DNA from: a virus
Taxonomy: Duplodnaviria > Caudoviricetes
IMG/VR virus record: IMGVR_UViG_3300020470_000060
Span: 1-38,913 of that record
Direction: 5' to 3' (one strand)
DNA: 38,913 nucleotides
A model generated the notes under the pieces. That model searched no databases, was not told where the DNA came from, and worked only from the letters and a program-made list of their open reading frames with translations. Below, in pieces: positions 18,313 through 27,337 of the stretch (position 1 is the stretch's first letter; every line of letters starts with the position of its first letter). Made by a program: the position numbers and the translations under genes.

Positions 18313-20814
18313 TTACTTAAACATATGGATATGAGGGTTTACAGAGCTATAATGTACTTTTGGTGATGGTGCTGGAATTCGCTTAGTCTGTACAACTGGT
18401 TGAGTAACATGAACAACATGGGTATGCATTTGGATTTCTTTAACCCTTCTAACCTTACGTTCCGACAACTCAGTCATTGTAGTATTTATTTCAGTAATAT
18501 TGATCTTTTCTCTCATCTTCTCCAATCTGTATGGTGTCTGATCCACAAGATCAGTCATCATATTCATATAAGCAGGCAACTTAGTTGCTGGTTTCTTATG
18601 ATCCTTACCCTGTGCCCAACTTGCTAATGGTGCATTACCAACATAACCACCTTCACTATAAGGTTTACCCTTCTCATCTCCTTTTTTATTTGGATTACCA
18701 AACTCAAAGAATCCTGCGTCAGGATGACGTGCAACAGGTCTCTCTTTAAAGTCTGGTTTTAAGAAATTTGCATCCTCTTCTTGCTTCCTTGGGTCTGAAG
18801 GTCCTTCACTACCACCCAATAAAGCTTTAGCAAGTGGATCTTTCCACATATAGAAACCACCCTTCTGGGGGAATTCCATTTGTTCCGAAGCAGCTGCTAA
18901 TGCATCTCCAACTTTAATACCTGCCCACTCACCTAACATTGCACCTGCAATACCACCAAGCATTGATCCCCAACCTTGTGCTCCTGGTATTAGTGATGCA
19001 GCAGTGAAACCAACACCATATCCTATAAAACTACCTAGTGCTTTAGATATTACATTAAGAGGTGACTCTCCAGCATAAGCATAATCAAATACTGCAAAAG
19101 CAGCATCAATAAGAATATCAAGTGGTCCTACACCTAAATTACCTGCCACCTTTGCTTTATTAACACCAGGAGCATCACTGACTAGGGTCTTCCATTGCTT
19201 AAAAATATCATTATTTTTTATATTATCAAAGACAGTAGAAAGAGCTTTAGGATCTTTAGTAAGAGTATTTAATTTCTTTGTTAATGGATTAGACTCGATG
19301 GCACCATCTATCATGGGTTTCATCTTATCAGTTATAACTTCCATTAACTTCTTAGGATCAGTAAGAAGATCTTTAGCATCTTTCAGTTTCTGACCTATAT
19401 TAGCACCCATATCATATAATTTACCTGGAGCAGATTTTATACCATCTTCTAACTTCCTATAATGCTTCATCACCCATCCACCCAACTCATCAAGTTGTTT
19501 CATTGTGGGAACTATAACCTTGTCCCACATGAACTTACCAGTCCATTTAACACCCTCTACAGTCTTATCTTTAGCATAAACTAAAGCATCTCTCGTTTTT
19601 GGAACAGCAGTCTCCCTCACCCACTTACCAAGACTCTCCCACATACCAGGATTGGGTTTTTTACCGTCTATTGGTTTAGTCTTTACTTGCTCAACAACAT
19701 TCGTTACAACCTCCTGAAATGGTTTAACAGCCTTGTTATCAATAGTTCTAGCAGCACCTTTAACTAAATTCTCTGTTTGTTCTTTAACAAGTTTCGGATC
19801 TACCTTACTAATAGTTTCAGTAGTCTTCTTAACAACTGTCTGTGTACCTTCTACAATACCTTTCCGTGCCCTAGTTACATTGTCAGAAAGTTGCTTAAGA
19901 TACTTCTGCCTTCTAATCTGTTTCCACTTTTGATTTCTAGCTTTTACATCCTTAGGATCAAACTTTGGTTTACCATCAGGACCTTTTGGTTTACCATCAG
20001 GACCTTTTGGTCCTCTAGGTCTTCCACCTCCAGTTGCTTCAGCAGCAGTTACTGCAGCACCAAGTGCTGCCATAGCTTTGACATCACCAACTATCTTCCA
20101 TGGCATAAGGAGTCTAGATACTGCCCATAGACCTGCCAATCCCCCAAGTATTTGGAGACCACCAACCATGGTGTCAAATATATTCTCCAATTTACTCTTA
20201 GTTGGATCCCAAGTGAAGACCTTGGTGACACCATCCATCAAATTACCAATACTATTCGATGTCAACCACCAAGCAAATTTGCCTAATGCTGATATAAATT
20301 TAATGAATTTGTCTATTTTCTCTTTATTCTGTGGATCACCTATCCATTTAAAGACAGCATAAGTGATAACAGTCTGTACAAACCACTTTAAAGGAGCAAA
20401 AATTGGAGACAAAGCTTTGAGAAGACTCTCTGCCCAACCAAATCCAGTTTTCTTTTTCTTACCTTCCTTCTTATATAACTTTTTAGCTAAGTCTTTACCT
20501 TCTGTCTGTAACTTACTAGCAGTTTTATCCTGTTCCCTACCAGTCCTCTTTTTCTTCTTCTCTATATCTTCTTTCTCTTGATCCTTTTCCTTTTTATATT
20601 GTTCATCTATCCTTTCTAGTTCTTTATCCTTAATACCAAGAATCCACTCGTTCTGAAACTTAATGAGTTCATTAACTTGTAAAAAGTTTTTACCTATGCT
20701 AGTAACAGCATGACCCATCCTATTAACAGACGTATTCGCAGCAAAAGCACCAGTAGCCTTACCATCATCAGATGGTACTACTGATATAAATTTTCTTAAG
20801 GTGGCTTCTGCCAT
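18313..20814 (-). CDS. Tape-measure-like protein
   Basis: 833 aa, helical and Lys-rich, with a Gly-zipper-like segment (GSFIGYGVG...GSMLGGIAGAMLGEWAG); immediately downstream of gp26/gp51. Confidence 0.7.
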   Translation of the reverse strand: MAEATLRKFISVVPSDDGKATGAFAANTSVNRMGHAVTSIGKNFLQVNELIKFQNEWILGIKDKELERIDEQYKKEKDQEKEDIEKKKKRTGREQDKTASKLQTEGKDLAKKLYKKEGKKKKTGFGWAESLLKALSPIFAPLKWFVQTVITYAVFKWIGDPQNKEKIDKFIKFISALGKFAWWLTSNSIGNLMDGVTKVFTWDPTKSKLENIFDTMVGGLQILGGLAGLWAVSRLLMPWKIVGDVKAMAALGAAVTAAEATGGGRPRGPKGPDGKPKGPDGKPKFDPKDVKARNQKWKQIRRQKYLKQLSDNVTRARKGIVEGTQTVVKKTTETISKVDPKLVKEQTENLVKGAARTIDNKAVKPFQEVVTNVVEQVKTKPIDGKKPNPGMWESLGKWVRETAVPKTRDALVYAKDKTVEGVKWTGKFMWDKVIVPTMKQLDELGGWVMKHYRKLEDGIKSAPGKLYDMGANIGQKLKDAKDLLTDPKKLMEVITDKMKPMIDGAIESNPLTKKLNTLTKDPKALSTVFDNIKNNDIFKQWKTLVSDAPGVNKAKVAGNLGVGPLDILIDAAFAVFDYAYAGESPLNVISKALGSFIGYGVGFTAASLIPGAQGWGSMLGGIAGAMLGEWAGIKVGDALAAASEQMEFPQKGGFYMWKDPLAKALLGGSEGPSDPRKQEEDANFLKPDFKERPVARHPDAGFFEFGNPNKKGDEKGKPYSEGGYVGNAPLASWAQGKDHKKPATKLPAYMNMMTDLVDQTPYRLEKMREKINITEINTTMTELSERKVRRVKEIQMHTHVVHVTQPVVQTKRIPAPSPKVHYSSVNPHIHMFK
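19964..20011. repeat. In-frame 21-bp tandem repeat (about 2.3 copies) encoding PKGPDGK repeats
   Basis: tttggtttaccatcaggacct x2 followed by tttggt. Confidence 0.9.
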
Positions 20815-20999
20815 TAGAGTGCGTTCTGTTGATTATCCTTAGCACGTCTACGTTCCTCTTCCTGCAAATGAGCAATCAATAAGTTAACGTACACGTCTCG
20901 CTCCCAAGGCATCATGTTATCTAATTCAGTTAAACTATACTTGTGGTGTTGCATTAATGCAAAGTTAGTCTTGTAGTGATTCTCAAGACTATCATGCAT
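20814..20999 (-). CDS. gp51: Baseplate hub assembly protein ('gp51' of cyanophages); possibly expressed as a frameshift extension of gp26
   Basis: YKTNFALMQHHKYSLTELDNMMPWERDVYVNLL signature; no SD before the ATG. Confidence 0.85.
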   Translation of the reverse strand: MHDSLENHYKTNFALMQHHKYSLTELDNMMPWERDVYVNLLIAHLQEEERRRAKDNQQNAL

Positions 21000-21004
21000 T
21001 AACG

Positions 21005-21706
21005 CTATGCGAAAAAAGCCGCTAGACCCTCAAGTTTAGTTTCATTCACTACATTAGTCTTAGGATTAACTACATCTATAGTATGTTCTAGTTTAGGCAT
21101 CGACTCAAAGAAATTCTGAATCTTCTCAAATTGAGAATTATTCATATCACCCAAGAAGTCCAATGCTTCTTTCTTAGTAAAGGAGTCGTAAATCTCATCA
21201 CCTTGATATACCTTATCTACACATGTTGCAGCAAGATCAAATATATCATCCATAGTAGGTTGATCCTTCATGTTTCTATCAACGAAAGCATTTAGGGATG
21301 GATACCTCATCTCAACCTTAATATCCTCACCAATATCAAGAATCTTTTTATGAGACCTTGGTACTACAACCTCAATATCTTCCAAATTTAATTTGACAGA
21401 TACAGATGTTTCACCATCATCTTCACAAACGATCTTAAATTCACTAACCTCACCAACTGCCTTGGCACGAATCCTTAAAAATAGGTACTCAATCTCGAAC
21501 GTAGCAAGATCATCTACTTTTTTAACATTTGTGCATGCTTTTAATATACTCTTAACTGCTTTGATCATCTCTTTCTCATTCTGAGATTCCATAGCAATGT
21601 AAAGCAGTTTCTCTTCTTTTACAAGAAAAGGTCTATATGAGACTTTTGTCCCACTAACAGGTAGGGTACACTCATATTCGGGCACCGCAAGCTTTGGTAA
21701 AGGCAT
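21005..21706 (-). CDS. gp26: Baseplate hub subunit/assembly chaperone ('gp26' of cyanophages)
   Basis: MPLPKL..P.Y...LP, YRPFLVKEEKLL, FEIEYLFLRIRAKAVGE, FFESMPKL, LEGLAAFF. Confidence 0.9.
   Translation of the reverse strand: MPLPKLAVPEYECTLPVSGTKVSYRPFLVKEEKLLYIAMESQNEKEMIKAVKSILKACTNVKKVDDLATFEIEYLFLRIRAKAVGEVSEFKIVCEDDGETSVSVKLNLEDIEVVVPRSHKKILDIGEDIKVEMRYPSLNAFVDRNMKDQPTMDDIFDLAATCVDKVYQGDEIYDSFTKKEALDFLGDMNNSQFEKIQNFFESMPKLEHTIDVVNPKTNVVNETKLEGLAAFFA
21011..21017 (-). other. Candidate programmed -1 ribosomal frameshift slippery site, T TTT TTC
   Basis: X XXY YYZ heptamer in the gp26 frame, one codon before its stop; the -1 frame runs straight into gp51. Confidence 0.7.
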
Positions 21707-21728
21707 AACTAGATTATAACGATGAAAT

Positions 21729-21736
21729 TATTTATA
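21729..21736 (-). promoter_or_regulatory. Late promoter TATAAATA
   Basis: Perfect consensus, intergenic, 23 nt upstream of gp26. Confidence 0.85.
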
Positions 21737-21744
21737 CCCCTTAT

Positions 21745-22533
21745 CTAGGTCCCATATGCAGAATGCTCATTCTTAGTATTCATCTCATCTATTTCAGTTG
21801 CTGAACGACCACCTCTTCTGTATCCCATATCTTTATCAGGACCTCCCCACTTAAGAGTATCCACATTAATAGTATCAAAACGATAACGTTCATAATAGAA
21901 CTGTACGTCGATCTTCATCAAGTTTGCTGATTCGTTATCAAGAGTCTGAGTACTCACATTAAAAGGAAAGAACTTATAAAATCGATATACAGCAGTTGCC
22001 TGGTTTAAAGTTGCTTTAGCCATAAAATCTGCTTCATCTCTCTTAAAGTTAAAGGACTGTACTACATTAGATCCTCTTTCCCACTTGTATATCTTTGCAT
22101 CAGTAGCATACTCATCATAAAGTCCAACAGTATTATCAGAATCAGAACCTATAGTATGTAACCAGTACTCAAACCATTCTCTAACAAAATTATCCTTGGT
22201 AGATAAGAAACTCATACTTATCTGTGAACTAGTTTGACCAGTACCAAACCTACGAATCATACCATGATTATTAACCTGACCGATAGTAACTGCTCTACTA
22301 GGAATAGTAACACTAGAAGAAAATAAATTAATATTTCTCTGAAAGGAGTCTATAGATACACCTGGATTGCTTTTACTAACGTTAGTGTCTATCAGATTTC
22401 CTAAAGTAGCGGGAGGTTGTATATCAATGGCATATAAATTCTGTCTGGACGGTTCTAACTTTCCAGTTTTTACTGCCTCCCAAAAAGCATCAAAATTATT
22501 AGGACTAGTAGGTCCGTGTCTTATGTTTGCCAT
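21745..22533 (-). CDS. Tail tube initiator / tube-fold protein (gp54-like)
   Basis: SRQNLYAI, SVTIPSR, ISMSF, REWFEYW, YDEY, FPFNVS...L and KIDVQFYYE tube-fold motifs; start re-called to 22533 (TAATG coupling). Confidence 0.7.
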   Translation of the reverse strand: MANIRHGPTSPNNFDAFWEAVKTGKLEPSRQNLYAIDIQPPATLGNLIDTNVSKSNPGVSIDSFQRNINLFSSSVTIPSRAVTIGQVNNHGMIRRFGTGQTSSQISMSFLSTKDNFVREWFEYWLHTIGSDSDNTVGLYDEYATDAKIYKWERGSNVVQSFNFKRDEADFMAKATLNQATAVYRFYKFFPFNVSTQTLDNESANLMKIDVQFYYERYRFDTINVDTLKWGGPDKDMGYRRGGRSATEIDEMNTKNEHSAYGT

Positions 22534-23003
22534 TAAACTCGACTCCAAATAAAGCTACTAGGTATATCAAGTCTTTGACCAGCAACGTTAACAACAAATT
22601 TTTCTAACGGTAACGGGATCATATCACGCAGTTCTATAGGTTCTACCACCTTTATAGTTGTAGCATTTGACATTAAGTATTTATGATGGCAACGGAGGGG
22701 ATATGTAACACCACCATTACCCCATGTTTTTGCTACTCCCTGTCTGACTTCTGGACGTAAATAGTGTAGATTACCGCCCCAAAAATGACCTGTAATTGGA
22801 CTAATCCCAGTAACCAGAGTCATAGGATAACGATCAAAGAATGGTAACCTCTCAGTAGTAGCATTATAATTATAAAACAATATCAACCCTGCTTTTATAT
22901 CTGTCTGTAAATCTGGCAATCCATAAAACATCTGTGAGCGATACCAATCTTTTGATTGTGGTTTACCACTTGCAAGATCCTTAATGTCTTTAAAGATGCT
23001 CAT
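22533..23003 (-). CDS. gp2: DNA end protector protein gp2-like
   Basis: WYR, Y.A...LPFFDRYP, GGNLHYL.P.R, HKYL and LPLEKF motifs; follows gp4. Confidence 0.75.
   Translation of the reverse strand: MSIFKDIKDLASGKPQSKDWYRSQMFYGLPDLQTDIKAGLILFYNYNATTERLPFFDRYPMTLVTGISPITGHFWGGNLHYLRPEVRQGVAKTWGNGGVTYPLRCHHKYLMSNATTIKVVEPIELRDMIPLPLEKFVVNVAGQRLDIPSSFIWSRV
22678..22684 (-). promoter_or_regulatory. Internal late promoter ATAAATA in the gp2 HKYL codons
   Basis: About 145 nt upstream of the gp54-like gene. Confidence 0.45.
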
Positions 23004-23440
23004 ACTTTGAGTTCTTTTTCTGTGAGTATACGAAACGTCATCCTACGATCCTTACAATAACTATCTGCTGCTTTCCACTTAGCGTTATTAATGGCAAATG
23101 TCTTAACTTCACTAAGATATCTTTTAGTTACCTTACGAGTGTTCTTACGTTTCGGTTGTTTAGTCTGATCATAAGGTTTGATCTCAATGATGCTTTTTGT
23201 GGATCTTCCGTTTCTCGTGATGGCTTTAACATAAAAATCGGGATAATAGCGATGGATACGATTATCCACGGGAGACCTATATGGAATAATAATTTCTTCA
23301 CTGCCCCACTCCAAAACGTTTTCATTTACGTCACACCACTTCATAAACTTAAGTTCCCACAAACTCCTATAAATAACATTAGTGTGATCACCTTTGTACT
23401 TATGTTTATTTGATGGTCTGAACTTCCCTGAATAACTCAT
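23000..23440 (-). CDS. gp4: Head completion nuclease gp4 (TnsA-like PD-(D/E)XK fold)
   Basis: YSGKFRP.N..KYKGD, YRSLWE..FM.WCD, WGSEE, HRYYPDF, IEIKP, NNAKW.AA. Confidence 0.92.
   Translation of the reverse strand: MSYSGKFRPSNKHKYKGDHTNVIYRSLWELKFMKWCDVNENVLEWGSEEIIIPYRSPVDNRIHRYYPDFYVKAITRNGRSTKSIIEIKPYDQTKQPKRKNTRKVTKRYLSEVKTFAINNAKWKAADSYCKDRRMTFRILTEKELKV
23368..23375 (+). promoter_or_regulatory. Late promoter TATAAATA for gp48-gp53, antisense within gp4
   Basis: Perfect consensus about 64 nt upstream of the gp48 ATG; no intergenic space exists. Confidence 0.75.
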
Positions 23441-24620
23441 GACATCCTCCAGACTAATATATCCAGAAATTCCACCAGCTGGTCCCAGTAACAGTAATGA
23501 TGGTCTAAGTGATAGATCTCGTTTTGAGACTAAGGTAATGGATTACCTTAAATTCACCATATACGATCCAAATAAACAATCACCATATAATTACATTAAA
23601 GACAGAAAGAAGTCACAAGGATCTGGTGAGTGGTCATTTAATTCGAAGGTAAATACAAAATTCCAAGGTAATAGGGTAACTGGTGATAACACCACAGGTA
23701 TATGGCGTACTGTTTATTTATATCTGCCTCATCAACTTAACGAACAATATAGTACCAATTACAATAGAAGTGCTCTAGGACCATTTGGTAACTCATTACT
23801 TGCTGGTGCTCAATGGGCAGAAGATAATATAATGGGTGGAGAAGGTGGTAAGGAAATAGGTGATGGTGGTTTATCGACAGCACTACTACAAGCAGGTGCA
23901 AAAACTAGAGGAAAACAGGCAGTATTCCAAGCAATTACAGGTGCATTTAATGGTGCTTCTGCTCTTACAGGTGGATCACTAGCAGATAAAGATGCATTAT
24001 CAGCACTACAAAATAAGGCAGTATTTAATCCATACGAAGAAACTACATTTAAAGGAGTAAGGTATCGTAGTCATTCCTTTAATTTTGATATGGCACCTAG
24101 AAATACAAGTGAAGTCAACCAAATCCAAAATATCATCTATACCTTAAGATCTGCTATGTTGCCCACGAAGACTGGTGAAAACGATGAATGGCTAACTATC
24201 CCTAAATTCTTTAAAACTGATATTGTTCGTTTTGAGCCGAGAAAACTGGAAGATGAGTCTGCTGGTTTTAATAAACCATCAACACTAAGCATGATTATGC
24301 AATTCCCTGTCAAAATGGTATTGACAGATATGCAATTAAACCTAACACCTAACGGTCAAAATACATCACTTAAAGCATCGGGTGATAATAAGACTAAGGA
24401 TTGGGGTCCTGCTTCTTATAAGATGACACTAAGATTCGATGAGACTGCATTCATAACAAACGATCTCCTTTTGGATCCAGTTGCTGCAGGTACTAGTAGA
24501 GAATCTAAAGCTGCTTGGGAAGAAAAAGAAAGACAAGAGCTGGCACGTAAGGCTGCCATTGCTGCTGAAAAAGCAAAAGAGGGTAAAAAGGTTAATAGAA
24601 GAGGTAGAAAAATTAATTAA
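23439..24620 (+). CDS. gp48: Baseplate tail tube cap gp48
   Basis: DYLKF, VYLYLP, NPYEE..FKGV.YR.HSFNF.MAPRN..E, P..F and L.F.E motifs; divergent from gp4. Confidence 0.88.
   Translation: MTSSRLIYPEIPPAGPSNSNDGLSDRSRFETKVMDYLKFTIYDPNKQSPYNYIKDRKKSQGSGEWSFNSKVNTKFQGNRVTGDNTTGIWRTVYLYLPHQLNEQYSTNYNRSALGPFGNSLLAGAQWAEDNIMGGEGGKEIGDGGLSTALLQAGAKTRGKQAVFQAITGAFNGASALTGGSLADKDALSALQNKAVFNPYEETTFKGVRYRSHSFNFDMAPRNTSEVNQIQNIIYTLRSAMLPTKTGENDEWLTIPKFFKTDIVRFEPRKLEDESAGFNKPSTLSMIMQFPVKMVLTDMQLNLTPNGQNTSLKASGDNKTKDWGPASYKMTLRFDETAFITNDLLLDPVAAGTSRESKAAWEEKERQELARKAAIAAEKAKEGKKVNRRGRKIN
23715..23722 (-). promoter_or_regulatory. Late promoter TATAAATA for gp4-gp2, antisense within gp48
   Basis: Perfect consensus in the VYLY codons, 275 nt upstream of the gp4 start. 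Confidence 0.65.
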
Positions 24621-24628
24621 TAGGAATT

Positions 24629-25513
24629 ATGGCAAATTATTTTAAATATCTACCTGATGTAAAGGTAAGAGTAAGCAGTATTCGACGCAATAATGTCGAA
24701 CCATGGATTGTTGCCAAAAATATCTTTAGAAGAGCAAAAATCATCGATTCCGTCCAAAAGGCAATTCTCGGATTTGAGCAAGTAACTGTACAAAACAACG
24801 AACGACCCGATCAAGTCGCTCATAGATTTTATGGATCTACTGACTATGATTGGGTCGTTTTGCTATGTAACAATATTACCAATATTTACGACGAATGGCC
24901 ATTATCCGAAGATCAGCTATTTAACGTAATTACGAAAAGATATGGTGATCCTGATGGAGTCCACCATTATGAAACTAACGAAATACGCTCAAATGACATT
25001 CACCAAGATGAAGAGGTAATATCCAATAGAGGTGAGGTTGTTGTACCTGCAGGATTGGTAGTAAACGAAAATTGGTCATATACGGTTCAGGGAGTCACAG
25101 TAACAAATCCATCAATTCCCATAACCAACTATGAGTACGAAAAACAGTTAAATGACTATAAAGGGTCTATATGGTTATTAAAACCTGCATACGTAGAAAC
25201 CTTTGCAGAAGAATTTAAACGATTATGCGAATATGAGCCACATGACGAAATTGACGCTGGTGACGTAAAAATGACTTGGGGTTCTGTAGAAGAAATCTTC
25301 GTTACAGAGAAATCTGGATATAGTACAGTATATGGTAATACTGCTACAGTCGATTTTGCCTCTAATTCAGAATTAGTCAATAGAACCGTTACAGTAACTA
25401 CAATGTCATCTGGTGAACAAGTTAGAACTGTAGATACATCAAATGTTGGTACTGTTAACTCATCTGGAGTTATCTCTGGTACTACAGATTCTAGCTCGAC
25501 CTACAGCGAGTAA
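24629..25513 (+). CDS. gp53: Baseplate wedge subunit gp53
   Basis: YFKYLP, KNIFRR, ERPDQVA..FYG...DWVVLL.NNI, WPLS, HHYET, TNYEYE. Confidence 0.92.
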   Translation: MANYFKYLPDVKVRVSSIRRNNVEPWIVAKNIFRRAKIIDSVQKAILGFEQVTVQNNERPDQVAHRFYGSTDYDWVVLLCNNITNIYDEWPLSEDQLFNVITKRYGDPDGVHHYETNEIRSNDIHQDEEVISNRGEVVVPAGLVVNENWSYTVQGVTVTNPSIPITNYEYEKQLNDYKGSIWLLKPAYVETFAEEFKRLCEYEPHDEIDAGDVKMTWGSVEEIFVTEKSGYSTVYGNTATVDFASNSELVNRTVTVTTMSSGEQVRTVDTSNVGTVNSSGVISGTTDSSSTYSE

Positions 25514-25560
25514 AAATACCCTGAGTTTTTTTTCCGACTTATTGGGAATCAAAAGTCGAA

Positions 25561-26121
25561 TTATATATCAGGATCATATAAAATATTTCCTACGATAGCA
25601 CAGCGTCCGTCGCTCTGACTTGGGGGTACAAAATGGAATGTCTTAGCATGGAAGAAGCATAGCATACCATCCTCAATCTCAACTGCTTCACCCATCATGT
25701 CACTACTATTTCCTAGTTCATTAAAGAGAACTAATGGAGTATCCTTGTCTGGTACCCTAACATAGTAACAGAATGACATGGAGTATGGGAAATGGTTGTG
25801 TGCTTCTACAGTATCCCCTTTGTTAAACTCTATACCCCAACACTCTGTTATCCTAAATCTTTTTGGATCAAACCCTAATAGAGTTGGATCATAGTCATCA
25901 TCAGTACTACCCTGAGCAAAATGAAATGCTGCTTGAGGTAATACATCTTCTATCCAATTAAAAAGACGACTTAGGTCGTCTATTTTTTTCTCATGGAAGT
26001 TAAATTCTGTTCTTGATGCACCACCCTTAGCAAGGTCAGTGACAACGTATTTCTTCACACTTTCATGAAGCTTAGGATTCATTTCCTTTGCTTCAGGATT
26101 CATATATGTTTGGTAAAGCAT
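25561..26121 (-). CDS. 2OG-Fe(II) oxygenase-like protein (TIGR02466-type, HxH)
   Basis: ECWG, AHNHFP.SMSFCYYV, G.L.FF....HFVPP, R.AIVGN. Confidence 0.8.
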   Translation of the reverse strand: MLYQTYMNPEAKEMNPKLHESVKKYVVTDLAKGGASRTEFNFHEKKIDDLSRLFNWIEDVLPQAAFHFAQGSTDDDYDPTLLGFDPKRFRITECWGIEFNKGDTVEAHNHFPYSMSFCYYVRVPDKDTPLVLFNELGNSSDMMGEAVEIEDGMLCFFHAKTFHFVPPSQSDGRCAIVGNILYDPDI

Positions 26122-26417
26122 CAGTGATAGTATCTCCTCCGTCTATACCCTCTGCATGGTATTCTTACAGTCTCTTGCCACTTATTAACATATCCTGGCA
26201 TCCATCCACCATGATAATCATGTCTGCCTGGAACATACTCTTCATGATATCTTATCTCATTACACCAACGACGAGTCTGTCCACCATAGTAATGATGATG
26301 GTGGTGGTAATGAGTGGGCGTATTTGCCCACTCTACCAACTCATCCCAAGTGATTGCCTTTGCACCTGTTGGTGCAGCAAGCATCAGTATAGGGAGAGCT
26401 AGCAACCACTTTTTCAT
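26121..26417 (-). CDS. Small exported His-rich hypothetical protein
   Basis: Signal peptide MKKWLLALPILMLAAPTGAKA, HYHHHHH tract, C...EEYVPG...PGYV...PC motif. Confidence 0.75.
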   Translation of the reverse strand: MKKWLLALPILMLAAPTGAKAITWDELVEWANTPTHYHHHHHYYGGQTRRWCNEIRYHEEYVPGRHDYHGGWMPGYVNKWQETVRIPCRGYRRRRYYH

Positions 26418-27337
26418 CAGTCTTCCTCTGCTAATCGTGAGAAGTATGACAGATCAGGATCCTCATCTGTCTTTAATGATTCTACACTATCACCAAACCC
26501 ACTTGGTACACTACCTGTGACAGTTTGTACAGCGGCCTGTGGTACATTGTGTGGAAGAACTTCTTCCTCATCTTCACGTGTCTGTACACGTACCTTGTTC
26601 TTACCTAGAACTAAGTTTAATCTCTTCTCTAATACCTCGTAAGGTTTAAAGTTCTCAGCATTAGTAAACGCTGCAAGACTATACTCTTGGTTATAGATCT
26701 CCTCTAGTTTAGCATCTTCATAGTCACCTAAGACTGATGGTGATGCAAACTCAGAACGATCATAGTTCCAGTATCCATCTTGCTTGACAATCTTTAACTT
26801 AAAGTCAGCACCCTTCCAAAAATCGAATGGGTTGATGGGTTCCTCATCCTCAAACTGTGGCTTCATTGCCTCAACTAACTTGTCATGAATCTTCTTACCA
26901 TACTTATAAAGGAAGACTCTTCCTTCATTCTCTGGGTGCAGAGGATCTTTAACGACCAAGATATTACTGTAGTAAGAAAGCTTACGCTTCTGCTTACGAG
27001 CAACGTCCTTGTCTGAATCCAGACCACTGTTCCATAGGACTCGATTGAGTTCACCGACTGGATCATTCTGACCTACTGTGGTCAAACTGTTCTCGATGTA
27101 CCAACCTCCTGGTCCTTGGAAAGCATGTGACCATACCTGTGCCCAAGGTAGTTCCTCTCCTGTTGGAGCAGGAAGGAAACGAATGACAGCATAACCGTTA
27201 CCTGCCTTATCGACTTCTGGTTTCCAGAGTCGTTCGTCAGGACCGTTACCGCCACCCTTACTGTTCAGTTTCTCTAGTTCCTTTGTTAAACTAGCAATGG
27301 AAGACCTAGAGGACTTCTTAAGGGATGCAAATGACAT
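26417..27337 (-). CDS. gp32: Single-stranded DNA-binding protein gp32
   Basis: DERLWKPEVDKAGNGYAVIRFLP, HAFQGPGGWYIENSLTT, KRKLSYYSNI, YWNYDRSEF, acidic tail LSYFSRLAEED. Confidence 0.97.
   Translation of the reverse strand: MSFASLKKSSRSSIASLTKELEKLNSKGGGNGPDERLWKPEVDKAGNGYAVIRFLPAPTGEELPWAQVWSHAFQGPGGWYIENSLTTVGQNDPVGELNRVLWNSGLDSDKDVARKQKRKLSYYSNILVVKDPLHPENEGRVFLYKYGKKIHDKLVEAMKPQFEDEEPINPFDFWKGADFKLKIVKQDGYWNYDRSEFASPSVLGDYEDAKLEEIYNQEYSLAAFTNAENFKPYEVLEKRLNLVLGKNKVRVQTREDEEEVLPHNVPQAAVQTVTGSVPSGFGDSVESLKTDEDPDLSYFSRLAEED

Noticed and set aside
19964-20011. 21-bp repeat as a collagen domain or CRISPR-like repeat
   Set aside because: Only about 2 adjacent in-frame copies with a 7-aa period; a simple linker duplication
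23000-23440. TnsA-like endonuclease as a transposon or homing element
   Set aside because: It is gp4 in its normal gp2/gp48 context, with no terminal repeats
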